From Bacteroidota bacterium (lineage in GTDB: Bacteria; Bacteroidota; Bacteroidia; JACCXN01): a DNA stretch of 64,000 nucleotides. The notes under the pieces are model-generated. The model ran no database searches and was not told the origin of the DNA. It saw only the letters and a program-made list of their open reading frames with translations. How positions within the stretch are numbered: position 1 is the first letter of the stretch; each line of letters opens with the position of its first letter. The DNA lies in NCBI GenBank assembly GCA_013696965.1, contig JACCXN010000072.1:9336-73335 (forward strand), read 5' to 3'. Below are positions 9,888 through 20,203 of the stretch, piece after piece. Made by a program: the position numbers and the translations under genes.

Positions 9888-11006
9888 TTAAGCTTCTTCC
9901 AGAATCCGGATTAAACTGTCATTTAGGTAAAAAACTTCTTTTCCGTTTTTTTTATAGGATAAAATTCCTGCCTCAACCAACTCCGCCATGTATTTTGTTA
10001 AAGTTGTTCTGGAGGTTTTTCCTAATGCCTCTCCTACAACAGCAGGCTTAATATAAGGTTGATAAAAAAGCGCCTCATTTACTTCCTTGTTGTACCATTT
10101 GATTTCCTTTTTTCCATGGCTTAATGTTGACTCCATTTGTTTGATGATCTGGTCGATTAAATCATTGGTAATTGCAGAGGTTTTGCATACTGCTTCAAGC
10201 ATATACAGTACCCATGGCTTCCAGGCGTTTCTTTGTGTTACAGCGCCCAGGTTAAAATAGTAATCCTCCTTATTATTAATGATATATTTTGAAAGGTAAA
10301 GAATAGGGTGGGAAAGTAGCTTTTTCTGAACCAAGTAGAGCAGGTTCAAAATCCTTCCTGTCCTTCCATTTCCATCCTGAAATGGGTGGATTGCTTCAAA
10401 TTGATAATGGGCAATACACATTTTCAGTAAAGGGTCTTCTGGAAATTGCACATCGTCATCCATATAATCCAACAGGTTTTTTACAAGTTTTTCAATGATG
10501 CCTTTTCCTCTTGGTGGCGTATAGATTACTTCCCCCGGTTTAAATTCACTCGGGCCACGCTTAATAACCACAAGGGCATGTGGAGGGCGAAAACCGGTAT
10601 GGGCATTTTTAACCATCTGAAATACCCTCTTAATAGTTTCTTCCTGTATAATGCCATTCTTTGTAAGTTCATCATGCCCTGCCCATAAGGCTTCTCTGTA
10701 CCTCAATACTTCTTTGGTTGATAAATCAGCATCTTTCTCCTTTACGCTATCTGAAATTGCTTTATATAATTCGTCTTCAGTTGTAAAAATATTCTCTATT
10801 TCTACAGATGTTTTAGCCTCCTGAAGCGCAATGGTATTAATGAGCATAAAAGGATTCGGCAACCTCAGGATATTAGCATTTACGGTTGCCAATTCCCTTG
10901 AAGCCAACAGCAGTTTTTTAAGGATTTCCAGGTCCTCGTCCAGTTTTTTAGAAGGAGGAAGCAATGGTAATTCATTATATGGGAGGTTTCGATCTAATTT
11001 AGCCAT
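9888..11006 (-). CDS. Fic/DOC family protein (class II, auto-inhibited) with C-terminal winged-helix domain
   Basis: HPFQDGNGRTGR active-site motif; N-terminal inhibitory SxxxEN motif (TSVEIEN); about 370 aa. Confidence 0.85.
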   Translation of the reverse strand: MAKLDRNLPYNELPLLPPSKKLDEDLEILKKLLLASRELATVNANILRLPNPFMLINTIALQEAKTSVEIENIFTTEDELYKAISDSVKEKDADLSTKEVLRYREALWAGHDELTKNGIIQEETIKRVFQMVKNAHTGFRPPHALVVIKRGPSEFKPGEVIYTPPRGKGIIEKLVKNLLDYMDDDVQFPEDPLLKMCIAHYQFEAIHPFQDGNGRTGRILNLLYLVQKKLLSHPILYLSKYIINNKEDYYFNLGAVTQRNAWKPWVLYMLEAVCKTSAITNDLIDQIIKQMESTLSHGKKEIKWYNKEVNEALFYQPYIKPAVVGEALGKTSRTTLTKYMAELVEAGILSYKKNGKEVFYLNDSLIRILEEA

Positions 11007-11185
11007 ACGTCCATTTATTTGCTTTTATTGAACATGTTTACGAAATTAAATAAAAAACTGGACATATAATCATAACATGTCCATTATTTGCCTTTTATTG
11101 AACATGTGTAGTTTTGTTGTACAGAAACTGGACATATAATCGTTACATGTTCATTTTATATTAAAAATTGAACATGTTTGGTTTG
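11007..11185. repeat. 2.5 copies of a 70-bp tandem repeat abutting the fic start codon
   Basis: ACTGGACATATAATC...ACATGT...TTATTGAACATGT units at 11057 and 11127 plus a partial copy at 11007; each unit carries AACATGTT-type palindromes. Confidence 0.8.
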
Positions 11186-11310
11186 AATTGATAAAAAGCG
11201 GAGCATCAATTTTTTCTTTTACAGGTTTGTAATTTCCTACCTGTAGAATGATTATCAAAACCTACTCATAGTCCTGAGCCTTTACCTGCACATGGAGAAG
11301 AGTCAATGTT

Positions 11311-11766
11311 AGTATTATTATTAATTAAAGTTTCGGAGTTGTAAATTCCTTGTTTTACTGATGTTTCAGTATGTAAAAATATTTTAGATAAAAAACTGAA
11401 ACATAGAATTAGTGCTTCCAGCACATTTATGTTCAATTGTTTGGCAAAACACACATTGTTGAAAATTAGCAATTTGCGTTGTTGTATTTTTTTAATATAC
11501 TGAAATTAAGGCAATTAAATCAGCTCCGAAACTTCAGTTATTAATTAAAGTTTCGGAGTTGTAAATTCCTTGTTTTACTGATGTTTCAGTATGTGAAAAT
11601 ATTTTAGATAAAAAACTGAAACATAGAATTAGTGCTTCCAGCACATTTATGTTCAATTGTTTGGCAAAACACAAATTGTTGAAAATTAGCAATTTGCGCT
11701 GTTGTATTTTTTTAATATACTGAAATTAAGGCAATTAAATCAACTCCGAAACTTCAGTTATTAATT
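11311..11766. repeat. two tandem 220-bp units, MITE-like with terminal inverted repeats and internal hairpins
   Basis: period exactly 220 bp (11321 to 11541), about 98% identity between copies; each unit bounded by AAGTTTCGGAGTTG / CAACTCCGAAACTT inverted repeats; internal 10-bp stem ATGTTTCAGT/ACTGAAACAT. Confidence 0.8.
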
Positions 11767-12099
11767 TCCTCATAACTAAGTTCAAATCTTCTGTTTTTCA
11801 GCATTAAATCTAATTAACCATTCGGCTATCAATACATACCTCTTCTTCTCCATAAAATTTAGCCAAAAAAACACCTTCGCAATTTGTGATATTTAGAATT
11901 CAGGTAGTAAAGTGGCTGACGGAATTGCCCAAGGTGGGGGAAACCTTCTGCAGAAGCTAAAAAATGTTTTCCTAATCCCGATTCTACCCAATACTCAAAC
12001 GGTTTTTGGTGTAGATAAACATTTCTGGAATTGCTGATTTTTCTTTAATGGATAAAAGGGTATGATTTTAGAAAAATTTAAGTAATTAATACTTAAAAA

Positions 12100-14469
12100 A
12101 TGAAAAGGCTGTATCTGTTTTTCCTTATGTTTTTAATGCAGGTAAATCTTTATGCACAGGAGATAGAGTGGGCAAAGAAGATTAGTATTCCTTTTTGGAA
12201 TCCACATGGAATGTTATATGATAATTCCGGAAATGTTTATCTCTATGGCTCATATTACAGAAACTGGAACATCAATGATCCTGGCCAGGTTATAAATGAT
12301 ACTGTAGGTTCCTTTATTCAAAAATATTCCGATGAAGGCGAATTAATATTTGAAAAAAGGTGGAAGCTTCCATTTTATATCGTTAAAATGATTTTTGATG
12401 GTGATAATGCCTTTTATTTTACTGGCTGTTTTGCAGGTTCTCTTAATCTAAATGGAGTTGCTTTTAATAGTATGGGCGAATATGATGGTATGGTAGGGAA
12501 AATGGACTTAAATGGCAATATTTATTGGGTTAGTACTTTCGGAGGAGGTAAATCTGATTTTGGAATGGGCATAAGCATGTATGCCAATAGCACAAATTTG
12601 CTGATAACAGGTTCTGTAGCTGATTCTCTTTTTGTAAACAGCCAGTATAAAGGCAGTGAACCCCTTCCAATGTTTTTAGGCATTTTTAATTTAAATGGGC
12701 ATAATATAAAAAACAAACTTGTTGATTTTATTCCTGAAAGAATCCATTCAAATAGAGGAATAGAAATAACCTGCGACAAGAATAATGAAATTTTTGTTCT
12801 TGGGGACAGAGAAGGCGCCCATTGGTATGGTGATACTATTGATGGCCCTTTAGCAGGAAGATATATCATAAAATTTAATGAAAATCTTGATACCCTATGG
12901 TCGAGGTATTTGATTGGGCCATCCTGTTATAACGGATGGAGCAATGGAAATCTTGTAGCCGACAGCAAGTGAGATATTTATACCAGAAGTTACTGCTCTT
13001 TTAAATATGGTGGAGATGGCAGTATCAGCAGGTTAAGTAATTCGAATGCAAGTACATTATGGACAGGGCAAAATAGGGATGGGGGTTATAGTGATATTTT
13101 TTTCCGTAACAATTCCATATGGTTTGTTGGTAAAGAAGGGGCAAATGGCTGCCCTTGCCCTGGCAGCAATTCTGGTTATCAGGTGATAAAGAAGATGGAT
13201 GAAAATAACCAACTTTTGGGTGAGGCAAGGATAATGGGAGTATGGCTACGGAAAATTATTCAGGATAATCAGGGAAATGTATTTGTATATGGTGCTTTTA
13301 ATGAAAGGCAAGCACATATTGGCAAAGATGTAATACTAGCTGATAGTATTTCAAGCAGTGGTACTTCTTTTTACTATTCTGGACATTTTTTAATCAAACT
13401 GAATGATAAAAACTGTACTCCTCCAAGTATTAATGATGTACCACACCATCCATTTAACAGGATTATTTGCCCAGATCAGGTCTTTCAACTTGATGCAGGC
13501 CCTGGCTTTGTGGATTATGAGTGGAGTAATGGTTCTAAAACTCAGAAAATAGAAGTTTCTGAGCTAAACAGATATACCGTAAAGGTGAAGGATAAGAATA
13601 ATTGCATTTCATACTCATCTCCAATTTCAATTTTACATAAAGAAAATAGTTCTGTACACAATTTATGCCTGATAACTTATGAAAATGATAAACAAATAAT
13701 TTATGGCACTTTGAATTTTGATTATAGTACAAAGAATTATAAAATATACAAAATAGATAAAGCAACAGGAGATACTGTAGATGTTTTGTTTGAAGATTAC
13801 AAAAATTATTTAAATGTTCAATTTGTTGATGAAAATTCTACACCTTCAACCAAAGCTTATTTATATTCCATTTCAAAGGTTGATACTTGTGGCCTTGAAT
13901 CACCAGTTAGTGTTGCCCATAAGCCAATTCTGCTAAAAATAAGAAAGGAAGGCACAAGTAATTTACTTGAGTGGGAGCCTTATGAAGGGATGGATATTCA
14001 TAGCTATCATATTTATAAAGGAACAGATAAAGGGAAGATGCGTTTGGTTGATTCTATTGGTGTTTCAGTTTTAATTTACGTTGACACAAATCTGGATAGC
14101 CTTTTTCATTATCAGGTGAAGGCCAACAAAAAATTATTTTGTTACTTGGGTAGTAGTAATTATTTTGGAACTACATCTTCAAATATTGTTGTGGATGAGG
14201 CCTATGTACCTACAATTGTTGAGGCAACTGAAATGGATATTAATGCCGATCTCTTTCCTAACCCTGCCCATGATATTTTAACCATTCAGCTTCCTGAACA
14301 AAAACAAGTAACTATAGTTCTTAAAAACCTATTAGGAGAGGTACTTTATAAAACCTCAGGCAATCAAAATAAATTTGAAATTCCAATGCAAAATTTTAAA
14401 CAGGGTTTATATGTTATTTCTATTGATTATGGAGTGGAAAGGAAGCAGTTTAAAATTATAAAACATTAA
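12100..14469 (+). pseudogene. T9SS-sorted secreted repeat/Ig-like protein interrupted by one in-frame TGA (12970-12972)
   Basis: ORFs 12100-12972 and 13183-14469 are in the same frame with no other stop between them; N-terminal signal peptide; C-terminal T9SS CTD (LFPNPAHDILTIQL...). Confidence 0.6.
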
Positions 14470-14804
14470 AAGTTTTTAGTCATAAAGGCTGTTGTAATTT
14501 AGGATGGTATAAATTATCTATTTATACTTTTGGTTTTATACTTGCAAGGAAAACTTTAAAATATATTTAAGCAGTTTTCATTCTGTATTCTACATTTTGA
14601 TACTATCAAATGCTAATGAAGCCACCTAATGAAATAACCCACCTGAACAAAAAAAATCAGTATTAAAGTAATCAGCCTTTTCATAATCTACACTTTTTAA
14701 TTTAAAATCTTAAGCATTTTCATCACTACAACTTGTCCCGTCCCGAAAGCTTTATAGGTCATCGGGATCACCATAATCCGCTAATCATCGCATCCGCTAA
14801 TTAG

Positions 14805-16877
14805 TTAATTGATAACCAGCTTCCTCCTCACCAAATCCTCCCCAACTTTCACCTGCACAAAATAAATTCCTTTAGAAAAGCCACTGGTGCTGATGTTTTC
14901 GTTGCTTTTTACCTGGCGCTGGAGCATAATTCTTCCTGAAAAATCGGTGATGGTAACATCAGCTTTCTCGGCTTCAAAAGAAAGGGTGAAATGGGAAGAG
15001 GTGGGGTTTGGGTGGAGGAGAAAATTAATTCTATTTATTGCTTCCGACTCTATACTGACATTACTACTTAATTCCATGCTGTGTATATAAACTCCTCCTC
15101 TGTTCAGCGATGCATAGAGTTTACCATCTCTTACAACTAATCGCCAAATTTTATTTCCTGCTAAATCATTTTCTAAATCAAAATCTATCCCCTCATTCAT
15201 TGGTTCCCAGGTTTTGCCAAAATCTTTGGTGAACAAAAGGTTTCCATTATAATTGACTGTAATGGCTATTAGTGAATCCTCTATAACAATATTGCTAACA
15301 AGATTTTTAAATCTCATATTTGAATTGTCTTCCCAGGCCTTGTTCCAGGTGGCCCCACCATCACGGGAGATATAGAGGCCTTGGTTAAAAGTACCTATGC
15401 ATATTATATCACCTTTTACTTTTGCTGAGTATATTTCCCATATACCCAACCAGGAAAGAATTGCAATTTTTTTAAAGGTTATACCACCATCATCTGACCT
15501 AAATAATTCCTGCCTTGTAAAGCCATAAATGAAATCATTGTCTGAATCCAATAAGCTATAATTTTCACCTCCTAAATATTTATAAGATTTTCCTTCAAGC
15601 TCATATAGCCCGTGAGTGGTGGACAGCAACAGTTTACCTTTATGCTTTAAAAAACTTTTGGCACTTATATCATTTGTACTGTCAGGAAAAATGACTTCCC
15701 ATTCATTGCCTCCTTGTTTTAAGATGCTTAATTGTAGTTTATCGTCAATAATATAAATATCCCCTTTGTAAGTTTGTGCTTGGGTAATATAACCTGGGGA
15801 AAAATAGGGAGTAGGTTTGCCTGAATCAGAAAAGGCGAATTGAGTGCTTAAGTCAGGAGATATTTTTTCCCATTTCTGTTTTTTCTCATCCAGCTTGTAT
15901 AGTTTTTGATTAATTGAAGCTAACAGGCCTGCATCAGTATTTGAAAGGCTATATACTGGAGCGCCATTTAGAAATATGCTGGCTTCTTCCCAGGTGCCAT
16001 TGTTGAATTTGTATATTCCATTAAAATTATCTGTTCCTGCAAATAAATGCCCTTTGAACTTTACAAAAGAGGTTACATTTTTTCTTTCAAGTCCGGTACC
16101 CAGGTAATTCCATGTTAAGCCATTATCAACAGAATAGTACACACCGTTGATGGTGCCAGCATAGAGGGTGTCAGTGTCCATAAAAAAAGTTCTTAGGTAT
16201 GCAGGTATAGATATGGTTTGTTCCAGCCACGTTTGCCCCAGGTTTGGAGAAATATGATAACCTAAAAAAATACTGTCCCCTTTAAATTCTAAGGCATTTG
16301 AGCTTCTTGGAGAATCAATGGTTTTCCATGATAAGCCATTGTTATAAGATATACAAGTTTTGCCTTCATTTTGCCTTTTTGTACTTGCTATTAAGGTATT
16401 ATTTCCAGCTGCAAATGAAACAAAATTCCCTCCTATGACTAATTTCCAGGTATTATCATTGAAGCCACATTTTAAAATTCCACCCTGATGGCAGAAAAAA
16501 ACAGTGTCATCAATCGCTGCAAATCTAGGTACACCATCCCAACTAGAGGAATGAAAGTAAAAGTTATCATTCTGAATCATCTCCTGCCAGGAATCTCCGT
16601 TATCAAGGGAAACATAGTATTTACCTGTGTAAATAAATAATTTTCCTCTGTAGTGAAAAATGGCCCTTGTGAATTCATAATTATTAAAATTCCATGTTTT
16701 GCTTCCATCATCAGAAAAATATAACCCTCTATCGGTGCCAGCGAAAATTCGAGTATCGGAGGCCGCAAGGCAATTAATAGTCGCACCGTAAGGCCCGTTT
16801 GTGGGCTGCCAACTTTCCTGGGCCTGTACTAAGCCCTGTAATACAACAACCATTGAAAACAAAATCAACTTTCTCAT
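14805..16877 (-). CDS. BNR/Asp-box repeat protein with T9SS C-terminal sorting domain
   Basis: signal peptide; many SxDxGxTW Asp-box repeats; C-terminal LHPNPTSSHFTLSFEAEKADVTITDFSGRIM...KLVIN block shared with the four downstream genes. Confidence 0.8.
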   Translation of the reverse strand: MRKLILFSMVVVLQGLVQAQESWQPTNGPYGATINCLAASDTRIFAGTDRGLYFSDDGSKTWNFNNYEFTRAIFHYRGKLFIYTGKYYVSLDNGDSWQEMIQNDNFYFHSSSWDGVPRFAAIDDTVFFCHQGGILKCGFNDNTWKLVIGGNFVSFAAGNNTLIASTKRQNEGKTCISYNNGLSWKTIDSPRSSNALEFKGDSIFLGYHISPNLGQTWLEQTISIPAYLRTFFMDTDTLYAGTINGVYYSVDNGLTWNYLGTGLERKNVTSFVKFKGHLFAGTDNFNGIYKFNNGTWEEASIFLNGAPVYSLSNTDAGLLASINQKLYKLDEKKQKWEKISPDLSTQFAFSDSGKPTPYFSPGYITQAQTYKGDIYIIDDKLQLSILKQGGNEWEVIFPDSTNDISAKSFLKHKGKLLLSTTHGLYELEGKSYKYLGGENYSLLDSDNDFIYGFTRQELFRSDDGGITFKKIAILSWLGIWEIYSAKVKGDIICIGTFNQGLYISRDGGATWNKAWEDNSNMRFKNLVSNIVIEDSLIAITVNYNGNLLFTKDFGKTWEPMNEGIDFDLENDLAGNKIWRLVVRDGKLYASLNRGGVYIHSMELSSNVSIESEAINRINFLLHPNPTSSHFTLSFEAEKADVTITDFSGRIMLQRQVKSNENISTSGFSKGIYFVQVKVGEDLVRRKLVIN

Positions 16878-16937
16878 TATCTTAAACTTTCAATTTTCTA
16901 AAAACCACATCCGTTAATCCGCTAATCATTTCATCCG

Positions 16938-18389
16938 CTAATTAATAACCAATTTCCTTCTTACAACTTCCTCCCCAACTTTTATCTGCACAATATATAT
17001 CCCTTTAGAAAAGCCGATGGTGCTGATGTTTTCATTGCTTTTTACCTGGCGCTGGAGCATAATTCTTCCAGAGAAATCGGTGATGGTAACATCTGCTTTT
17101 TTGGCTTCAAATGAAAGGGTGAAATGGGATGAGGTTGGGTTGGGGTTGAGGGAAAGGGAAGTCTTTGAAATATTTCTTTTTATAGCTGAATTCTGTTCTG
17201 GCAAGGTATCCGGAGGAAAATTTCGCAAAGCGTATTTTGCTAAAAATGTATAATAACTGTCTTCAGTTTTTCCAATGTTGAAAGGGCCAATACTTATCGG
17301 TTCATTGGCCGTCCCAAAAAAATATAAATTATCATTTTCATCTATGCTTACTTTTTGACCAGTCAATTTGACTGCCCAGCCTGGCACAAAGGTTTCAAGT
17401 AATTCTCCTGTTTCATCATTTAATTTCCAGGCAAATGATTTGGTTTTACCATCGCCAGATGCCACATAACCAGTTCCATAAAGATTTCCATTTTTGTCAA
17501 AAACTATGTTCGAAAATTGACTGTAAACAGCATCTATATTGGTCTTCCAGGTTTCCTTTCCATCTTTTGAGTTTTTGAATAAGGTAATGCCGGAATATCT
17601 GCTGACATTGGCTCTATAAACACTTCCGTCTTCTTTTACTTTTAGAAACCCTTGAGAACCATATGGATTCCCACCTTTATTCTGAAAATATTTTACTTCT
17701 AGGTTTGTGTCGAAAATTATTTCAAAATTATTGGTATAAAAGCCATCCCATCCGGAGCTTATACTTTCAATCAACCAAAAATCTTCCCTGTTGCCACCTA
17801 TCAGGTATATAAAACCCAGGGTGTCGGATTCAATTCTTTGGCCGAACCCTCCCTTCTTTGCCTCAAAGGCTTTTAATGCTTTGCCTACAGAATCAATTTG
17901 AATTATAAACAATCCACTATTACTAAAGGTATAGTCTCCAAAGTGGTCACCTTGGTTAGCTTTTCCCGTAATCCAATAATTTCCATAATAATCTATGTGG
18001 ATTTCGGAAAGCGATACCTGCTCATTTCCTTCCAGGTTCTGTTGCCACATTGAATTTCCGTCTTCTGAGAATCTTTCAAGTGTAAACCTTTTTTTATCCT
18101 GGCTTCCATAGGTAAGAAAAAAACCTCCCTGTTTCAATGTCTTCAAAGAAACTGTCCAATAATCATTTGAGATTTGCCTGGTCCAGAGCATTTCCCCTTC
18201 AGAAGAAAATTTTTCAAGGTTTATTTTTTCTTGTTCACTATCAAAATGAAATAAATAAATGTTTCCAAATGCATCCACATCGCAGGAAGAAGAGCGTATA
18301 AAATCGAGCTCTTTTACCCACTCCCATTCCTGGGCTTTAACCTGCACCTGAACAAAAAACATCAATATTAAAATAATCAGCCTCCTCAT
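16938..18389 (-). CDS. secreted T9SS cargo protein, paralog family member (QEWEWV N-terminus, shared CTD)
   Basis: signal peptide, conserved post-cleavage motif, divergent core, near-identical 3' 270 bp. Confidence 0.75.
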   Translation of the reverse strand: MRRLIILILMFFVQVQVKAQEWEWVKELDFIRSSSCDVDAFGNIYLFHFDSEQEKINLEKFSSEGEMLWTRQISNDYWTVSLKTLKQGGFFLTYGSQDKKRFTLERFSEDGNSMWQQNLEGNEQVSLSEIHIDYYGNYWITGKANQGDHFGDYTFSNSGLFIIQIDSVGKALKAFEAKKGGFGQRIESDTLGFIYLIGGNREDFWLIESISSGWDGFYTNNFEIIFDTNLEVKYFQNKGGNPYGSQGFLKVKEDGSVYRANVSRYSGITLFKNSKDGKETWKTNIDAVYSQFSNIVFDKNGNLYGTGYVASGDGKTKSFAWKLNDETGELLETFVPGWAVKLTGQKVSIDENDNLYFFGTANEPISIGPFNIGKTEDSYYTFLAKYALRNFPPDTLPEQNSAIKRNISKTSLSLNPNPTSSHFTLSFEAKKADVTITDFSGRIMLQRQVKSNENISTIGFSKGIYIVQIKVGEEVVRRKLVIN

Positions 18390-18509
18390 AATTTACACTT
18401 TTTAATTTAAAATCTTATGCATTTTACCATCACCAAATCACTTTCCCGATTCGTACCTCAAATGGATTTCGCTTCTCTCATAATCCGCTAATATCGCATC
18501 AGCAATTAG

Positions 18510-20051
18510 CTAATTGATAACCAGCTTCCTTCTTACCACATCCTCTCCAAGCATCACCTGCACAAAATAAATCCCTTTTGAAAAGCCGCTGGTGCTGATG
18601 TTTTCCTTGCTTTTTACCTGCCGTTGGAGCATAATTCTCCCTGAAAAATCGGTAATGGTAACATCTGCTTTTTCGGCTTCAAATGAAAGGGTGAAATGGG
18701 ATGAGGTGGGGTTTGGGTGGAGGTTGAGGGAAGAGTGAAAATTCTTGTTTTCTGAATGTACTTTTGTAAATTTTTCGATTGTGTTTATTTTGATAAGAAA
18801 GTTTATTTTAAGATTATCCCGATTGACTTCCAAATTATTACCAAAACTAATTAATGAAGAAGATACTCCTGTTATATAAAGGTTTTTGTTGTTGTCATAA
18901 CAAATTGAGTATCCTATTGATTCCCAGCTTTCAATTTCACTACTTTTCAATTTGAAAATTTTCGTACCTGTTGAATCTGTTAATTCTACACTTAATCCTG
19001 TTTTAGGATAATTTAAAAATGTACTCAATGTTGCAAAACCATAATTTATTAATTCCATCTTAATAGGATGTAGATTGTTTAAGCTAAAACCCCAACGATA
19101 ATTAAGCAGACTATCGTAGCTTTCAATTCGATCAGTACAGGGTGAATGATTGCCACAGAATGATCTATAAAAATAAAAGTTGTTAATTGAATCAATTTTA
19201 AAATCGGAAATAAATTTGCGTGAGCTCGAAATATTCTTATGATTTAAAAAATAGCCTTCTTTGGAAAATTTGAGCATATACTGGCCACTTTCATAAGCCA
19301 GTAAATTATTTGAGAAATTAGTTTCTCCATTAATGCGGGCAATTAAATAAATATCATCCTGATTATTTATTTTAATTAAATCTGGCTTGGATCCAATAGG
19401 ATTAATTAAAGAAGGTGAGTCTTTAAGAAATATTTCTTTTGCCCATAGAGATACACCGTAAGTATCATATTTGGCATAAAAGATATTATCTTCTTCAGCT
19501 TCTGAAAAAAACATTTGATTATTAATTGACCCGCCCTTACTAAAGCTTCCTGTAATCACAATTTCACTATTCTTTATATCCATGGTTTTGAAAACTTCCT
19601 TCTTAGTCCCTCCATCCCTTTTTACCATCTTCAAATCCCTCTCCATATCAAAAGAAGCCAGAAAAATATCCCAACCACCGACAGAAGTTTCATCTCCTAA
19701 ACTTGATTTCAAAGTCCCTGTAAAATTCCCCCCAATATAAGCCACCCCTGCTTTGGCTTTAAGCTCAACCATTACAAGGGTATCAGTACTTCCAATGGTT
19801 TTCCACCAAAGGATATTCCCATCTTCATCATACCTTAAAACAAAACAAGCTGATTTTTCAGGTGAGGCAATTGTAACTTCTCCTAATTTGCAAGAGCCTT
19901 TGAAATTTCCTGAAGCAAAAAGATTTCCTTCTTCGTCCGCGGCTGTTTGGAGGTTTTCAATGCCTTCGCCTTCTATAACCCATTCCCAATCCTGGGCTTT
20001 AGACTGCACCTGAACAAAAAACATCAATATTAATATAATCAGCCTTTTCAT
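18510..20051 (-). CDS. secreted T9SS cargo protein, paralog family member (mosaic; 5' 450 bp about 95% identical to the 21819-23375 gene)
   Basis: N-terminal 145 aa nearly identical to the gene at 21819-23375, then divergent, then the shared CTD. Confidence 0.75.
   Translation of the reverse strand: MKRLIILILMFFVQVQSKAQDWEWVIEGEGIENLQTAADEEGNLFASGNFKGSCKLGEVTIASPEKSACFVLRYDEDGNILWWKTIGSTDTLVMVELKAKAGVAYIGGNFTGTLKSSLGDETSVGGWDIFLASFDMERDLKMVKRDGGTKKEVFKTMDIKNSEIVITGSFSKGGSINNQMFFSEAEEDNIFYAKYDTYGVSLWAKEIFLKDSPSLINPIGSKPDLIKINNQDDIYLIARINGETNFSNNLLAYESGQYMLKFSKEGYFLNHKNISSSRKFISDFKIDSINNFYFYRSFCGNHSPCTDRIESYDSLLNYRWGFSLNNLHPIKMELINYGFATLSTFLNYPKTGLSVELTDSTGTKIFKLKSSEIESWESIGYSICYDNNKNLYITGVSSSLISFGNNLEVNRDNLKINFLIKINTIEKFTKVHSENKNFHSSLNLHPNPTSSHFTLSFEAEKADVTITDFSGRIMLQRQVKSKENISTSGFSKGIYFVQVMLGEDVVRRKLVIN
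19610..20051. repeat. about 450-bp direct repeat (5' coding block), copy 1
   Basis: near-identical to 22919-23375 at nucleotide level, inferred from near-identical sense and antisense translations. Confidence 0.7.
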
Positions 20052-20203
20052 AATTATAAATTTTTATTCTCAATTCACTCAACATCAGCTAATCCGATTC
20101 CCTATTCCTACCTCACCGGGATTTCGCTCTCTCATAATCCGCTAATCATCGCATCAGCTTCCCGATTCGAACCTCATCGGGATTTCGCTTCGCTCAAAAT
20201 CCG

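Noticed and set aside
11266-11472. 68-aa ORF on the minus strand
   Set aside because: Lies entirely within the 220-bp tandem repeat region and has a low-complexity translation; a second copy is not preserved as an ORF in the other repeat unit.
11311-11766. Possible CRISPR array
   Set aside because: Only two copies of a 220-bp unit, directly abutting with no spacers; the repeat length is far outside the CRISPR range; no cas genes.
12970-12972. TGA reassignment (genetic code 25, or selenocysteine) explaining the in-frame stop
   Set aside because: TGA is used as a normal terminator by several confident genes in the window (e.g. the GT2 gene ends on TGA at 6303-6305), so global reassignment is excluded. 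Sec is not excluded but there is no supporting evidence, so I report it only as an interrupted gene.
14887-15090. Plus-strand ORFs antisense to the T9SS paralog 3' and 5' ends (14887-15090, 17017-17253, 20286-20504, 19753-20013, 23065-23406), all with near-identical translations
   Set aside because: They lie inside well-supported minus-strand genes. Their conservation is a by-product of the repeated coding blocks, not evidence of separate genes.
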